A stretch of DNA of 31,457 nt from an uncultured Microbacteriaceae bacterium (GCA_903907615.1 CAIVOR010000369.1:1-31457); one strand, 5' to 3'; shown: positions 7,943-18,600, numbered from the stretch's first letter. Program-made: numbers and translations. The notes: a model not told the origin generated them from the sequence alone.

Positions 7943-10539
7943 CGGTCCATCACACACGTCGGTGGCAGTGCCGCGCGTTTCACGGTGTCATCCGCCTCGA
8001 GCACGACGACACCGTTTTTCAGGGGCGGCGGAATGAGGCGTGGATCCCGCCCCACATAACGGGCGGCCAAGCGGGACACACCATGCCACACCACGGGTTC
8101 GACCCTGAGGCGTCGGCGCAAGTCCTCGGAAACCGAGAGAGCCTGGTCCGACGTGAGGACATCTAAGGTTGGCGCGTCGTCGCCCGCACGGGTGACGTCA
8201 GTCCACACCTCAGGATTCTCGGTGACGACCACGGCTCGCCTTCCCGCGAGGACGTCGCCCAGTGCGAGGAGGTCGGGGTTTCTCTCGTCATCAGCGCCCT
8301 GGCCCGTGCCGCGAACCCCATCGTCGTCATGCTCCGACTTTTCCTCGACGGGGCGCAAAACCTGGACCGTGTCTCCGTCGAGCAGTCCTCGACCGGGTAT
8401 TCGCGTGTCGAAAGTGAGGCGCGTGCTCACGTGGCGCACAATCGGGCTGAGCCGCGCCTCATCCGTCGACGCCGAGAACGCGATGAACGTTCCGCGGCGA
8501 GGTCCGTCACGCGCGATGGTCTCGAGTGCCGAAATGAGGTCGTCACCGTACTCGTCGGGAGTGTCCCGAAGAATGGCATCCAGTCCGTCAACGACGATCA
8601 ACGCCGCCGGCACTCCCGCAGCACCTTTCAGGCGTCGGGCCACGGATGTCAGCACGTCCCACGCGAGCGCGGGGTGGCGAGGCACAACGACCGTCGACAA
8701 CGTGCTTCTCCCTAGGTGGTCGAGCAGAGTGGACTTGCCGGAACGCGGACCGCCCACCACCGCGAGCGATCCGTCGCGAGTCGGAGAGTAATCCAGTGCC
8801 AACCATCGCGTCGTGCGCACGTCTTGCCGAAGTCCCAGGCGGACGACCTCGGGGGCGAGAGCGTTGTGATCGAGACTGTCGGCCATGGTCCGATCCGACA
8901 GAGTGCGAGGAAGCTCAGGCCACCACAGACGCCATGCGTTCGGGCGTTCGGCCTCACTCCCCCTGCCGACGGGAACATCTCCCTCGCCTGCACGGACGCA
9001 CATCTCGGTCGCGCGCGCGAGTGTGCGGGCATCCGCACAAACCGGCAACACCCGTTCCACCTCACCCGCGCGCCGGCGGAGCAACAGCTGTCGTTCGGAA
9101 GGTTTGCCGACTGACTGCGGATGCGGCAGGGAAACTCCCAGGAGGTATCTCGCATCGTCGTCGCCCACCGGCGTCAGGCACAGTCGCGTCTGTGCGTTGA
9201 CGATGAGGTCATCGCTAAAGGCACCGGCGGCCCGCTGGGAGGCCAGCGCAAGATGCACCCCGAGTGCTCGGCCGTGGGCGGCCACGTCGGCCATGATGCG
9301 CCGGGCATCCGGTACCTGCTCGCAGAGCGCGCGATACTCGTCGACGACGATCAGCAGGCGCGGGAGGGCGCGGTCGGCGGGAACGTGGGCGATGTCAGTG
9401 CGGCCGCTCTCGCGAAGCAGCTGTTCCCGCCTCTCCATGTCGACGCGGATTCCCGAGAGAGCGCGTAGTACGTCGTCGCCGTCGAGATCGGTCGTGATGC
9501 CCGCAGAGTGCGGGAGGCCGGCCACGCGGACAAATCCCCCGCCGCCCTTGAAGTCAATGACCGCAAACCGAAAGCGCGCGGGGTCCTGCCGGGCCGCCAT
9601 GGTGGCGATGAGCGCCACCAGAGTCTCTGTCTTTCCGCTACCCGTTGCTCCGGCGATGAGAAAGTGCGGGCCGTCGTGCTCGAGGCTCAGGGTGACGCCA
9701 ACCGGACCGCTCACGTCATCCCGCCACCCCACGATTCCCGACACGTCACGAGTGGCGTCCGGGGTCAGGTCACCGGTTGATCCGGCGGCATGTGTCCGGC
9801 ACAGGTCATCGAGGGTGGGCGGCGCGTACCGCACGCTGTGGACGCGGGAGAGTTCGCGCCGGACAGCTGTGGCGTGGGCATCCGACAATTCGTCAAGAAG
9901 CACAGGCACAACATCGAGGGGCGTGCGCACATCGGTCAGGGTGGCCCAGCCGTCGTCGGCAAGGGTCACCGTGAGGGTGGTACTCGACGGAATCTCCGAC
10001 ATGTTGCGAACGGACGTGACCTCGTCACGTCGGCCCCCACCGGAATGCCACGCGCAAACGAGCGAGAGTGATCGGGATGCTCGGGCTGCGGCTGCCGATT
10101 CGCCGATAACGCACAGTCGCGAATCGAGCGGAACGAGGACAGGACGTTTGTCGCGATCAAGCCCGACGCGCACGTGTTGCGGTGACGCGGTGCGGACTGT
10201 CTCAGGACGATGGCCGCTGTCGAGCAGATCGGCGAGGCTCGGGTGCTGACGGCGGGCCTTCGTCGCCTCGCGCTCGAGTTCTTCCCTCCGTTGGGCCTCG
10301 CCCTGATCCGCCACCCGCTGCGCCTCCTCGGCGGCGGTGCGGCGCGCCGCTGCGGTCTGGCGTCGCGCATCCAGCAGGGATGCCCCCATCGCGAGGGGCC
10401 CCATCAGAGCAAACAGCATCATGACCGGCGATGACGCCACGAGCCACATGACGAGGGCAAAGCCCAGCGGCACCAGCAAAGAGAAGAGGGGAAGCGATGT
10501 GTGGTTCGGGAGTCGGCTCCGTGAACGCTGTTGCCTCAT
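7939..10539 (-). CDS. FtsK/SpoIIIE-domain ATPase of EccC/EssC type (N-terminal TM hairpin, one intact and one degenerate ATPase domain)
   Basis: TM hairpin LFSLLVPLGFALVMWLV...MMLFALMGP followed by a coiled coil; domain 1 DGPHFLIAGATGSGKT / DFKGG / IVVDEY / GRALGVHLALASQR; domain 2 GGPRSGKST / IVVDGLD. Start uncertain (ATG 10539 or GTG 10590). Confidence 0.85.
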   Translation of the reverse strand: MRQQRSRSRLPNHTSLPLFSLLVPLGFALVMWLVASSPVMMLFALMGPLAMGASLLDARRQTAAARRTAAEEAQRVADQGEAQRREELEREATKARRQHPSLADLLDSGHRPETVRTASPQHVRVGLDRDKRPVLVPLDSRLCVIGESAAAARASRSLSLVCAWHSGGGRRDEVTSVRNMSEIPSSTTLTVTLADDGWATLTDVRTPLDVVPVLLDELSDAHATAVRRELSRVHSVRYAPPTLDDLCRTHAAGSTGDLTPDATRDVSGIVGWRDDVSGPVGVTLSLEHDGPHFLIAGATGSGKTETLVALIATMAARQDPARFRFAVIDFKGGGGFVRVAGLPHSAGITTDLDGDDVLRALSGIRVDMERREQLLRESGRTDIAHVPADRALPRLLIVVDEYRALCEQVPDARRIMADVAAHGRALGVHLALASQRAAGAFSDDLIVNAQTRLCLTPVGDDDARYLLGVSLPHPQSVGKPSERQLLLRRRAGEVERVLPVCADARTLARATEMCVRAGEGDVPVGRGSEAERPNAWRLWWPELPRTLSDRTMADSLDHNALAPEVVRLGLRQDVRTTRWLALDYSPTRDGSLAVVGGPRSGKSTLLDHLGRSTLSTVVVPRHPALAWDVLTSVARRLKGAAGVPAALIVVDGLDAILRDTPDEYGDDLISALETIARDGPRRGTFIAFSASTDEARLSPIVRHVSTRLTFDTRIPGRGLLDGDTVQVLRPVEEKSEHDDDGVRGTGQGADDERNPDLLALGDVLAGRRAVVVTENPEVWTDVTRAGDDAPTLDVLTSDQALSVSEDLRRRLRVEPVVWHGVSRLAARYVGRDPRLIPPPLKNGVVVLEADDTVKRAALPPTCVMDR

Positions 10540-10616
10540 CCATCGAGATGACCACGTTGTCGGTGTTCGCCGCGTCAGGTATCCACACACGCGGGCGCGT
10601 CGACCGCGTCGGCGGG

Positions 10617-11255
10617 CTACTCAATCGTGAAGGATTGGTCTCCCATACCGACGGTCGCCCCCGGCGTCAGAATCACACGCTCCTGCGGTGCCAGGCGCTC
10701 TGCGGCAATCCCGGGCATGCTCACCACCGTGCCGTTGGCGCTTGCGAGGTCGGTCACCAACAGGCCTTCGGGCCGGGCCTCAACCTGCAGGTGCGTTTTC
10801 GACACGGTCTTCGAGGGGTCATTCACGACGATGAGGTGATCCCACGTATCGCCCGCGGATGCCACGGGCATGCGCCCGATGAGGCCGCGGCCCACCACCT
10901 GTGCGCGTTCGCCCGTGCTGAAAACAAGCGTGTAGGGGCGGACCGTGCGTGTCGGCTCCAGAGCGACCGTTTCCGAGACGACAGGGTCGTAGAGGACGTC
11001 CTCGGTCGGAATCTCGACGGGGGCACTCATCTCAGGGGCACTCACGTCAGGAATGATCGCCTCAGGGACAATCACCTCGGGGACAAGCGCATCGACAACA
11101 GCGGAGGCCGGAGGCGCGACGGTCGGAGAGCTGGTTCTCTGCGGGGCGCCGAACTCGGGAACGCTCGAACCGCACTCGCCACAGAAATAGGCTCCCTCGG
11201 GAAGGGCTTCTCCGCACACGTCGCACGTGCCTTGCTCGGTGTCCATGGTGTCCAT
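10617..11255 (-). CDS. Zinc-ribbon plus FHA domain protein
   Basis: CDVC-x10-CGEC zinc ribbon, Pro-rich linker, FHA motifs LIGRMP...VSKTH...TDLASANGT; start ATG 11255 or 11246, just after the upstream gene's stop at 11261. Confidence 0.88.
   Translation of the reverse strand: MDTMDTEQGTCDVCGEALPEGAYFCGECGSSVPEFGAPQRTSSPTVAPPASAVVDALVPEVIVPEAIIPDVSAPEMSAPVEIPTEDVLYDPVVSETVALEPTRTVRPYTLVFSTGERAQVVGRGLIGRMPVASAGDTWDHLIVVNDPSKTVSKTHLQVEARPEGLLVTDLASANGTVVSMPGIAAERLAPQERVILTPGATVGMGDQSFTIE
11021..11086. repeat. Degenerate 15-bp tandem repeat (about 4.4 units) encoding VPEVI-VPEAI-IPDVS-APEMS-AP
   Basis: gggcactcatctcag / gggcactcacgtcag / gaatgatcgcctcag / ggacaatcacctcgg / ggacaa. Confidence 0.7.
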
Positions 11256-11260
11256 GTTAG

Positions 11261-13375
11261 TTAGCGACGGCGTATGAGCGACCACACCGCCAGCCGACGC
11301 ATGAGTTTCTGTCGACGCGTCAGGCCCGTCATCAATTCGTTCTCGATGTCCTCGACCACCAACCACGCCGTGCGGGCATCGGACGCCACCAGAGCGTCAG
11401 CCGAGTATTCGGCGCGGTCGATCACGAAGGCCAACGCAGGGGCATCCCGCACCGACACTCGTGACGCGAGTTCACGGTTCGTAGTGGCGGGCGTCACGGC
11501 CAGTCGAGCATCCGTGAGAACATCCGCGACTTGATCTCGAGCACCCAAGACTCGCTTGCGCGCATCGGGTGCCGTGAGGCGACGGCGGCGACGCGAAGCT
11601 TTCGCGGCAACGATGGCGACAGGAGGGAGCAGGATGACCGCGGCAACGACCGCGAGCCACACCACAACTTCCAGGATGGCGCGGAGGATGAGCCACACCG
11701 GATCCGGTTCCTGCGTGTCTGCTTCCTCGTCGGACTGTGGCGCCTGCGCGCCCCGAATCTGAGACACGTCCGCCGGGGGCGGGTCAACGACGGACTGGGG
11801 TGGCGAGACGCGGTTGGGGTCGTCCGGCGGCGTGTCAGGAATGGGCCGAACGTCCGGCACGGGGTCAATGGCTAACCAGCCGGTGCTCGTATTGGCCTCG
11901 ACCCACGCGCGGAGGTCCGACCCGGTCACCTCGGTGGCACCCTCCGGCACGACAAAACCCACCACGACGCGTGCAGGGAAACCCACCTGCTGGGCGAGAA
12001 GGGCGGCCGCCACCGAGTACTGCTCCTCATCACCAATCATGAGCTTGTCGGTCAGCAGGGACGTGATGCGCTCGGAGGAGTGACCGCTTCGCGATGGTGC
12101 CTCGCCCACGCCACCGTGGCTGACATAACCGTTCTCGACGAGTGACCCGAGCACAGCGACCAACCGCTCCCCCGGTTCCGCCGTTGCGTCGCTGTGCGCG
12201 CTCACGTAGGCCTGCACGCCCGCGGGTTGGTCACTGACGACCGTGCGCTCGGTGCCCGGCGTTGCGGTGCTCAGATTGGCAAGATCCGTGGGGATCAGCC
12301 CAGGGCCCGACGCGCGGTAAACGAGACCCTGGGAGAGCCCGTTAAGGTCGATGGCCGTCTGCGCGGCGGGGCTGTAGTACAGCGAACCGATTCCCGAACC
12401 AGTGGTTTGCAATCCGGCAAGATCACCGCGCAGCGGCAACCACGGCCCCGTGAGCTGCTGAATCGTGATGGTGGCCGCCTCGCCGGCCACGTCGTCGGCG
12501 AGAGCAAACCCGGACTGCCGCGTAAAGTCGCCGTCGGGGGTCCACACGGAGTAGGTGACCCCGTCGTAACGCGAGAGTGTTGCGAGCGTGAGCATCTCAC
12601 CCGACTTACCCTCAGACAGCCCGAACATCGGCGTCTCCGAGAGGTCACCGACGGCGTAAGCGCGAAAGGCCGAGAGTGGCGAGGGAAGCGACGCTTCGTC
12701 AAGCACGGGTGATACGCGAGAACGCCACACATCGGGTGTGGTCGTCACGGCGAGCCCCACGCCCACCCCGACCGCTACGGCGACAAGGGTGACGCTTGCA
12801 GCGATCGCTTTTCGCGCGGCACGACCGGGCGTGCTCACGAACAGTGCCACGAGAATCACGACGACCATGGCGACGCCCGACATCACCGCAAAGTCGGCAT
12901 TTGCTGGGCCCAGCCAGATGGCGACGCACATGACGGCGATGCCGGGCAACAGGGACAGCACGCGGCGCGAGACAACCCGCGACAGAAGAACGGCCAACGC
13001 GGAGCCGACGAGAGCCAGCATGAACACCGGCACGAGCAGCGCGCCGAACGACCCGACGGGCGGACTGATGGTGACGATCTGCTTCCAGCCGTCGACGGCA
13101 CCGAATAGCAATGCTCGTTCGCCGCCGAGCGTGGGGACAATGCCCCACAGAGCCTGCTGCGGCACGGCGGCGGGGACGCCCACCACGACAAACACCACAA
13201 TCAGGCCAATCGGAAGAATCCACCACGGCCAGCGGCGGCGGACGACAAGCGCCGACACCAGGGCACCGAGGACGGTGCCCACAACAATCGCCACCACAAA
13301 CTCGGGCGTCTGAAAGACGGGCCACAGCGGAGTGAGTCCGAGCGCCACGGCGAGAACCGCAATCACGGGCATCAT
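11261..13375 (-). CDS. Polytopic membrane protein with a transglutaminase-like domain (TgpA/DUF3488-like), probably catalytically dead
   Basis: About 7-8 N-terminal TM helices; TGase-fold signature GDEEQYSVAAALLAQQVGFPARVVVGF...DLRAWVE...GWLAIDP; C-terminal TM followed by a DUF4129-like tail. Confidence 0.87.
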   Translation of the reverse strand: MMPVIAVLAVALGLTPLWPVFQTPEFVVAIVVGTVLGALVSALVVRRRWPWWILPIGLIVVFVVVGVPAAVPQQALWGIVPTLGGERALLFGAVDGWKQIVTISPPVGSFGALLVPVFMLALVGSALAVLLSRVVSRRVLSLLPGIAVMCVAIWLGPANADFAVMSGVAMVVVILVALFVSTPGRAARKAIAASVTLVAVAVGVGVGLAVTTTPDVWRSRVSPVLDEASLPSPLSAFRAYAVGDLSETPMFGLSEGKSGEMLTLATLSRYDGVTYSVWTPDGDFTRQSGFALADDVAGEAATITIQQLTGPWLPLRGDLAGLQTTGSGIGSLYYSPAAQTAIDLNGLSQGLVYRASGPGLIPTDLANLSTATPGTERTVVSDQPAGVQAYVSAHSDATAEPGERLVAVLGSLVENGYVSHGGVGEAPSRSGHSSERITSLLTDKLMIGDEEQYSVAAALLAQQVGFPARVVVGFVVPEGATEVTGSDLRAWVEANTSTGWLAIDPVPDVRPIPDTPPDDPNRVSPPQSVVDPPPADVSQIRGAQAPQSDEEADTQEPDPVWLILRAILEVVVWLAVVAAVILLPPVAIVAAKASRRRRRLTAPDARKRVLGARDQVADVLTDARLAVTPATTNRELASRVSVRDAPALAFVIDRAEYSADALVASDARTAWLVVEDIENELMTGLTRRQKLMRRLAVWSLIRRR

Positions 13376-14592
13376 GCGGTGGCTCGATTTCGGGACAGCA
13401 ACTTTGTCAGGTCATCGAGACGACCCACCGTGCCCACGGTCAAGCGACCGGAGGAACGCAAACGCGGCGCAGACTCGACGTCGCAGCGAAGTGCGACCAC
13501 CTCAACACCCGCGCCGAAGGGCAGCGAAGCCTGTTCGATATCAGAGAATCCGGCCACAGAGCCGGTGACGGCGAAGACCACCGAGACGTCGGTCGCCACT
13601 CCGGCCGCCAGCGGCGTGAGGCCGCCCATGGGCAGACTAGAAGCGGTGAGCGTGATTCCCGCCACGTCATCGAGGAGTCTGGCCGGTGACACGCTCGTGA
13701 GAACATCCATAGTTTCTTCGTTCTGCAGGTTGGCGCGCCCCGCGCGTACCGGCCGGGCGACCACGCTCGACCGGGAAACAACGAACATCACGTCACGACT
13801 GTCGCGGAGCGCCCGCACACCGAGCGACGCCGCCGTCGATACGGCCAGCTCGAATTCAACGTCGTCGACATAAGCCTCACGCCGCGTGTCGAGCAAGATC
13901 AGCATGCGCGAGCGTCGGGTCTGCTCATACTGGCGAATCATGAAACGTCCGGTCTTGGCGCTCGACTTCCAGTGGATGTGTCGACGGTCGTCGCCGGGCA
14001 CGTACTCGCGAAGCGCGTGGAACGACAGGTCCGAGTCGGTCAGGTCGCGGGACGCTTCTCCCTCGAGGTCGCGCACAAATCCGGCGCTCAGGGGCGGCAA
14101 TGTGGCGGTGTCGGGATGCACCACAACCTTGGCCGTGCCGGGAAGCGTGACCGAACGGCGATAGAGGCCAAAGGGGTCGCGCCGGACCACGGAGACCGGA
14201 CCGACGGGAATTACCGTTCGTCGAGGGGCCTCCACCACGAGCAGGGTCTCGTGAGTCACGCCAACGGACAGGCGTGGCACGCGCTCGGTGCGGGTGCCCG
14301 AGCCCACCGGAATGTCGAGGTCGGTGCCGGATGACGTGCGCCGCGTTTCATTGGTGAGTCGCAGCCTGACCTCAGCGGATGTGCCCGGAACGACCCGGAT
14401 CACGCTGGCAGCGAATGACACCGACAGCAGTGCGCGCCGGCGGAGAACGGTCAGGCCGAGAAGAGCCACCAGCCCGAGCGCGCAACCCAGCATGAGCGGT
14501 TCCCGCCACCCCAAGGTCACGCCCATCACGAGGCACACGACGATGACCGGCCAGACAACCCAGCCGGTAACCGTCACCCACCTCAGAGACAT
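13372..14592 (-). CDS. DUF58 family protein (MoxR partner, VWA-like), N-terminal TM hairpin
   Basis: LREYVPGDDRRHIHWKSSAKTGRFMIRQYE signature, then LLDTR...FELAVSTAASL. Confidence 0.92.
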   Translation of the reverse strand: MSLRWVTVTGWVVWPVIVVCLVMGVTLGWREPLMLGCALGLVALLGLTVLRRRALLSVSFAASVIRVVPGTSAEVRLRLTNETRRTSSGTDLDIPVGSGTRTERVPRLSVGVTHETLLVVEAPRRTVIPVGPVSVVRRDPFGLYRRSVTLPGTAKVVVHPDTATLPPLSAGFVRDLEGEASRDLTDSDLSFHALREYVPGDDRRHIHWKSSAKTGRFMIRQYEQTRRSRMLILLDTRREAYVDDVEFELAVSTAASLGVRALRDSRDVMFVVSRSSVVARPVRAGRANLQNEETMDVLTSVSPARLLDDVAGITLTASSLPMGGLTPLAAGVATDVSVVFAVTGSVAGFSDIEQASLPFGAGVEVVALRCDVESAPRLRSSGRLTVGTVGRLDDLTKLLSRNRATA

Positions 14593-14611
14593 GTTGTGCG
14601 CTTTCGTTGTA

Positions 14612-15589
14612 CTACGCCTGGCGGACCGGAGTGTCGATCAAAATTTGGCTCATCACGCTCGTGGCGGTGATGCCGTCGAACTCCGCTTCGGCGTCGAGGA
14701 CGAGGCGGTGGGCAAACACGGCATCCGCCAGATCCTTCACGTCGTCGGGAGTGACGAAGAGTCGACCGGCAGAGATGGCAGCGACGCGCGCGGCTCGCGT
14801 GAGCGCTAGGGCACCGCGAACGCTCACGCCCAGGCGCACCTCCGGAGCGGACCGCGTCGCCTCGGTGAGCCGCGTGATGTAGTCGAGCACCTCGGGGGCC
14901 ACGTGAATGCCCTCGGCGAGAGCCGCCATCTTGGTGACCATGTCGGCCGTCACGATGGGTTCGACATCGGCGACCGCTCGCGCCGACCGCGACGCCAAGA
15001 TGTTGACCGTGGCCGCGTGATCCGGGTAGCCGAGCGAGGTCTTCATGATGAAGCGATCGAGCTGCGCTTCGGGGAGTCGGTAGGTTCCCGCCTGTTCGAT
15101 GGGGTTCTGTGTGGCAACCACCATGAACACCTCGCCAACCTCGTGCGTGACGCCGTCAACCGTGACGCGGCGCTCCTCCATGACCTCGAGCAGCGCTGAC
15201 TGTGTCTTGGGGCTTGCGCGGTTGATCTCGTCCGCGAGCACGATGTTGGCAAAAATGGGGCCCTCGTGAAAGGTGAAGCTGCCCTTCTTCTGATCGAAGA
15301 TGCTGACGCCCGTGATGTCTCCGGGGAGCAGGTCGGGCGTGAACTGGATGCGCGCGTGGGACCCGCGCACGCTCTGTGCCATGGCACGCGCGAGCGAGGT
15401 CTTTCCCGTACCGGGAAAGTCCTCAATGAGCAGGTGGCCCTGACTGAACATCGCCACAAACGCCAGGCGGATGACGCGCGCTTTGCCAACAACAACCTGG
15501 TCGACATTGTCGACCAATCGCTCAAAGACGCTCGCAAAGCCGGCGGCCTGCTCTTCGGTGACGGGGGACGGAGTCTCATTCTTTGCCAT
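14612..15589 (-). CDS. moxR: MoxR family AAA+ ATPase
   Basis: EDFPGTGKT, RIQFTPDLLPGDITG, ADEINRASPKTQSALLE, ATQNPIE, LPEAQLDRF; start taken as ATG 15589 (MAKNETP). Confidence 0.95.
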   Translation of the reverse strand: MAKNETPSPVTEEQAAGFASVFERLVDNVDQVVVGKARVIRLAFVAMFSQGHLLIEDFPGTGKTSLARAMAQSVRGSHARIQFTPDLLPGDITGVSIFDQKKGSFTFHEGPIFANIVLADEINRASPKTQSALLEVMEERRVTVDGVTHEVGEVFMVVATQNPIEQAGTYRLPEAQLDRFIMKTSLGYPDHAATVNILASRSARAVADVEPIVTADMVTKMAALAEGIHVAPEVLDYITRLTEATRSAPEVRLGVSVRGALALTRAARVAAISAGRLFVTPDDVKDLADAVFAHRLVLDAEAEFDGITATSVMSQILIDTPVRQA

Positions 15590-15617
15590 GGTGCATATTC
15601 TCTTCTGCTGAGGGCGG

Positions 15618-18600
15618 TTATCCGCCGAAGGTGGGTACGGGAACAATGGTCGACCCGCCGGGGGCGCCGCAGACGCCCTCGGCGGTGCAACCGCGAACGG
15701 TGATGGTGAAGGGGTCGGTCAGGTCGAGCGTGACGGCGTCGTAGATAAACGAACCGCTCGTGGTGACATCAGGAATGAGATCAACCCACGTCGACCCCAC
15801 AAGAACCTGCCACGTGGCCACCAGAGCGGCAGCGCTGTCAACCGTGGGAGTCACGACCGTAATGCGTGTGGTGGTCGCGTCAACGGCGGTGAGACTCGCC
15901 GAGTCATAGGACGCCGTCCCCGGTGCGGTGGTCACCGTCACACTCGTGACGTCGCCCGCGCATCCCCAGGGAGTCACAGCGTAGACGGCAAACCAATAGG
16001 TGCCGTCGGCGAGGGTGGTAGCGTCGCTCCACGACGTCGACGTGGTCGAGTCGGTGGCGCCGGTGACGGGATCTGCGGGACACGTGGCCGACATCTCGCT
16101 CGAACTGCGCCACACGTAGTACGTGGGGGCATCGGGTGAGCCGCGTCGGTCGGCCGCCGACCAGGACAGGTTGAGGCCGGAGGCGTCAACACTCAGGCCG
16201 CCGCCCCACACCGGCGGACCGGCGGCGGTCACCGTGGCCGACGTTTGCCAATTCCAGTCGAAGGTGTCGGAGTCGTTGACGGCCGCCACACGCACCGAAT
16301 ATGCGGCGCCGGCCCGACCCCAGAAAGTGGGAATCGACGTGTCGTTGGCCGCCGCACGCAGGTCGGCCACCAGTCCGCCATCCTCGTAAATCTCGACCCG
16401 GTAGCCGCTCACGGGGCTGGCTCCCGCGGGAGCCGTGACGGCCGACCAGGAGACATCGATACCGCCGCCGGCCGGATGCGCACTCGTGAAGGCAACGACG
16501 GAAGCGGTCACCTCGGCGGGTGCGGGCGGAGAACGATCTGCCCCGAGCGGTTCACTCCAGGGACTCGGTGCCGACGAACCGACGGCATTGACCGCGACCA
16601 CCTGGAATCGATATTTGGCGCCGGTCGGCAATCCGTCCAGTGTGCACACGGTGGCCGCACAGGTGTGCGTGTACCCGCCATCGCTCGTCACGATGTAGTC
16701 GCTGATCGGAGAGTTATTGCCCGCGGGTGCCGCCCAGCTGAGCGTCAGCTCGCCGTTCACGAATCCGGCCGCGCGCACGGGCGTGGTGGGGGCATCCGGG
16801 ACATCCTGAATGGCAATCGTAATCACGCCCCACGCGTAACGGTCGGGATCATCCGTGGCATCGGCCACTTCATATTGGAGCGTGACGTCGGCCGCCCGAG
16901 CCGACTCCGCAACGACCACATTCAGGCGCGACTTGTCCGGTGAGGGAAGTACCGTCACGCCCTCGGGGAGGTCGGCGGCGTCGGTTCCGCGGACGGCGAT
17001 GACACGCAGGGGCGTTTTGGGGAAGGGGTTGCTCGCTTGGTCGTTTGCAAGGACATCGACCTCAACGGAGGATCCGCGGCGCACGGTGGCGGTGTCCGCC
17101 TGCGGCACGGGCAGCGGTCGCGTGGACGGGACAATCGTGATGAGCACGGTTCCCGCCTTTCCCTGGTTTTCCGCGTCGGAGGGGGTGACCTCGAGCGCGA
17201 GGCGTGATCCCTTAGCCACGCCGGGGGCGGCCGTGATGGTCAGCTCCGTACCCTCGACGACGGTTGTGATTCCGTCGGTGTTTCCCCGCAACGCGAACGA
17301 GAGCTCCCCCACGTTCTTGGCATAGGGATAGCGCGTGATTTTGACCAGATCAATCTTCTTGGTCGAGTCGGGTTCAAGGTCAATCTGCGTATCCTGCAGA
17401 ATCGGCGGTTGGTTTCCGCGGGGCGTCACCTGGATGGGCAGCACAATCACCGCGCGACGACCGTTGGGGTCGTCGGCGCTGGATCCGTCGGTGACCTCAA
17501 ACGACAGCGACGCCGGGCCGAAGTAAAGATTCTCACTGGTGAACTCAATGGTGCGATCGTCGACGGCCAGTGCGTCACCGTTGGCGTGGGTCGCACGAAC
17601 CGTGTCGGTGGAGGTCAGTCGAACCTGCTTTCCCCCGGCGGCCGTCACGTAATCATTGATGTTGATGCGCACGGTTTGCTCACTCTGCACCGAAATCGGT
17701 TTGGTCCCGAGCTTGACCTGCGGTCGAGCGTCATCCGTGCCGGGAACCCAGACGAACGCGTAGGAGACAATCGTGGGGTCGTCCGGGTGAGTGACGCTGA
17801 ACGGAATAACCTGCGATTTTTCACCGACCGTGACTCGAATCTTGCTGCCCGACTCCACCCTCGCGTTACCCGGATATCCGGGCACGATGCTCGGCGTCAG
17901 CGTGCGAATATCGCCATCGGCCCAGAAACCGTTGGCGAGGACATCCACAACAACCTCGCCGCGCGTGAGAATCTCGCTGAGCGCCACCACGCTATCGCTG
18001 AGCACGGGTGCGTTGAGCGGCGCGTCAGCGCGCACATCGAGGGTGATGAAGCTCGAGGCCGTGCCGGCCACATCGTTGGCGATTTCGTAGATCAGGCCGT
18101 ATGTGCCCGGGGTGTCGGGGACCGTGATGTGCACCTGATTGGCCACAATCGTTGCGGTGACGTCGGGCGTCGTGGGCTCAACGGACGTCACCGTCAACGT
18201 ACGACGCGCCGGATCGCTGTCGTTTGCCAGCGGGTCAACCACGATGGTGCGACCCGGACGGACGACCACGGTGTCGGGCGCGGCGGAGGGCGAACTGGAG
18301 CCGGTCGACTCGGTGGCGATGCCCACGCGGATTGTGCCGCTGGCTTCCGCACCGAAGCCGTCCATCACGGAATACTCAAACACGTCGGTCTCGCTGGCGT
18401 AGGGACCCGCCTCGTACTCGATCCACTCAGCGCCCACCGAGGTCACGGCCCCCTTGGTGGGGTTTGACGCGAGACCGGCCAGTTGAACGTTGTCGCCGTC
18501 GGGATCAGCCTTGCCCAGGGGAACCGGAATCCGCACGGTTGTTCCGGCGACCACGCGGGCCGTGATTGTGGGGGGCTGCGGGGCACGGTTACTCGCGGCG

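Noticed and set aside
7939-10590. Calling the FtsK-domain gene the cell-division DNA translocase FtsK, or calling the locus a complete type VII secretion system
   Set aside because: No 4-TM N-domain or gamma (KOPS-reading) domain, and the motifs are EccC-like; there is no WXG100, EccB, EccD or mycosin gene, and no gap in the operon large enough to hide one
10202-10624. Alternative-frame ORF (ATG 10543, MDEATAFTEPTPEP...) suggesting a frameshifted N-terminus for the FtsK-like gene
   Set aside because: The main frame is already open from 10590/10539 and gives a sensible TM hairpin; no slippery site is evident. The start remains ambiguous, but no frameshift is needed
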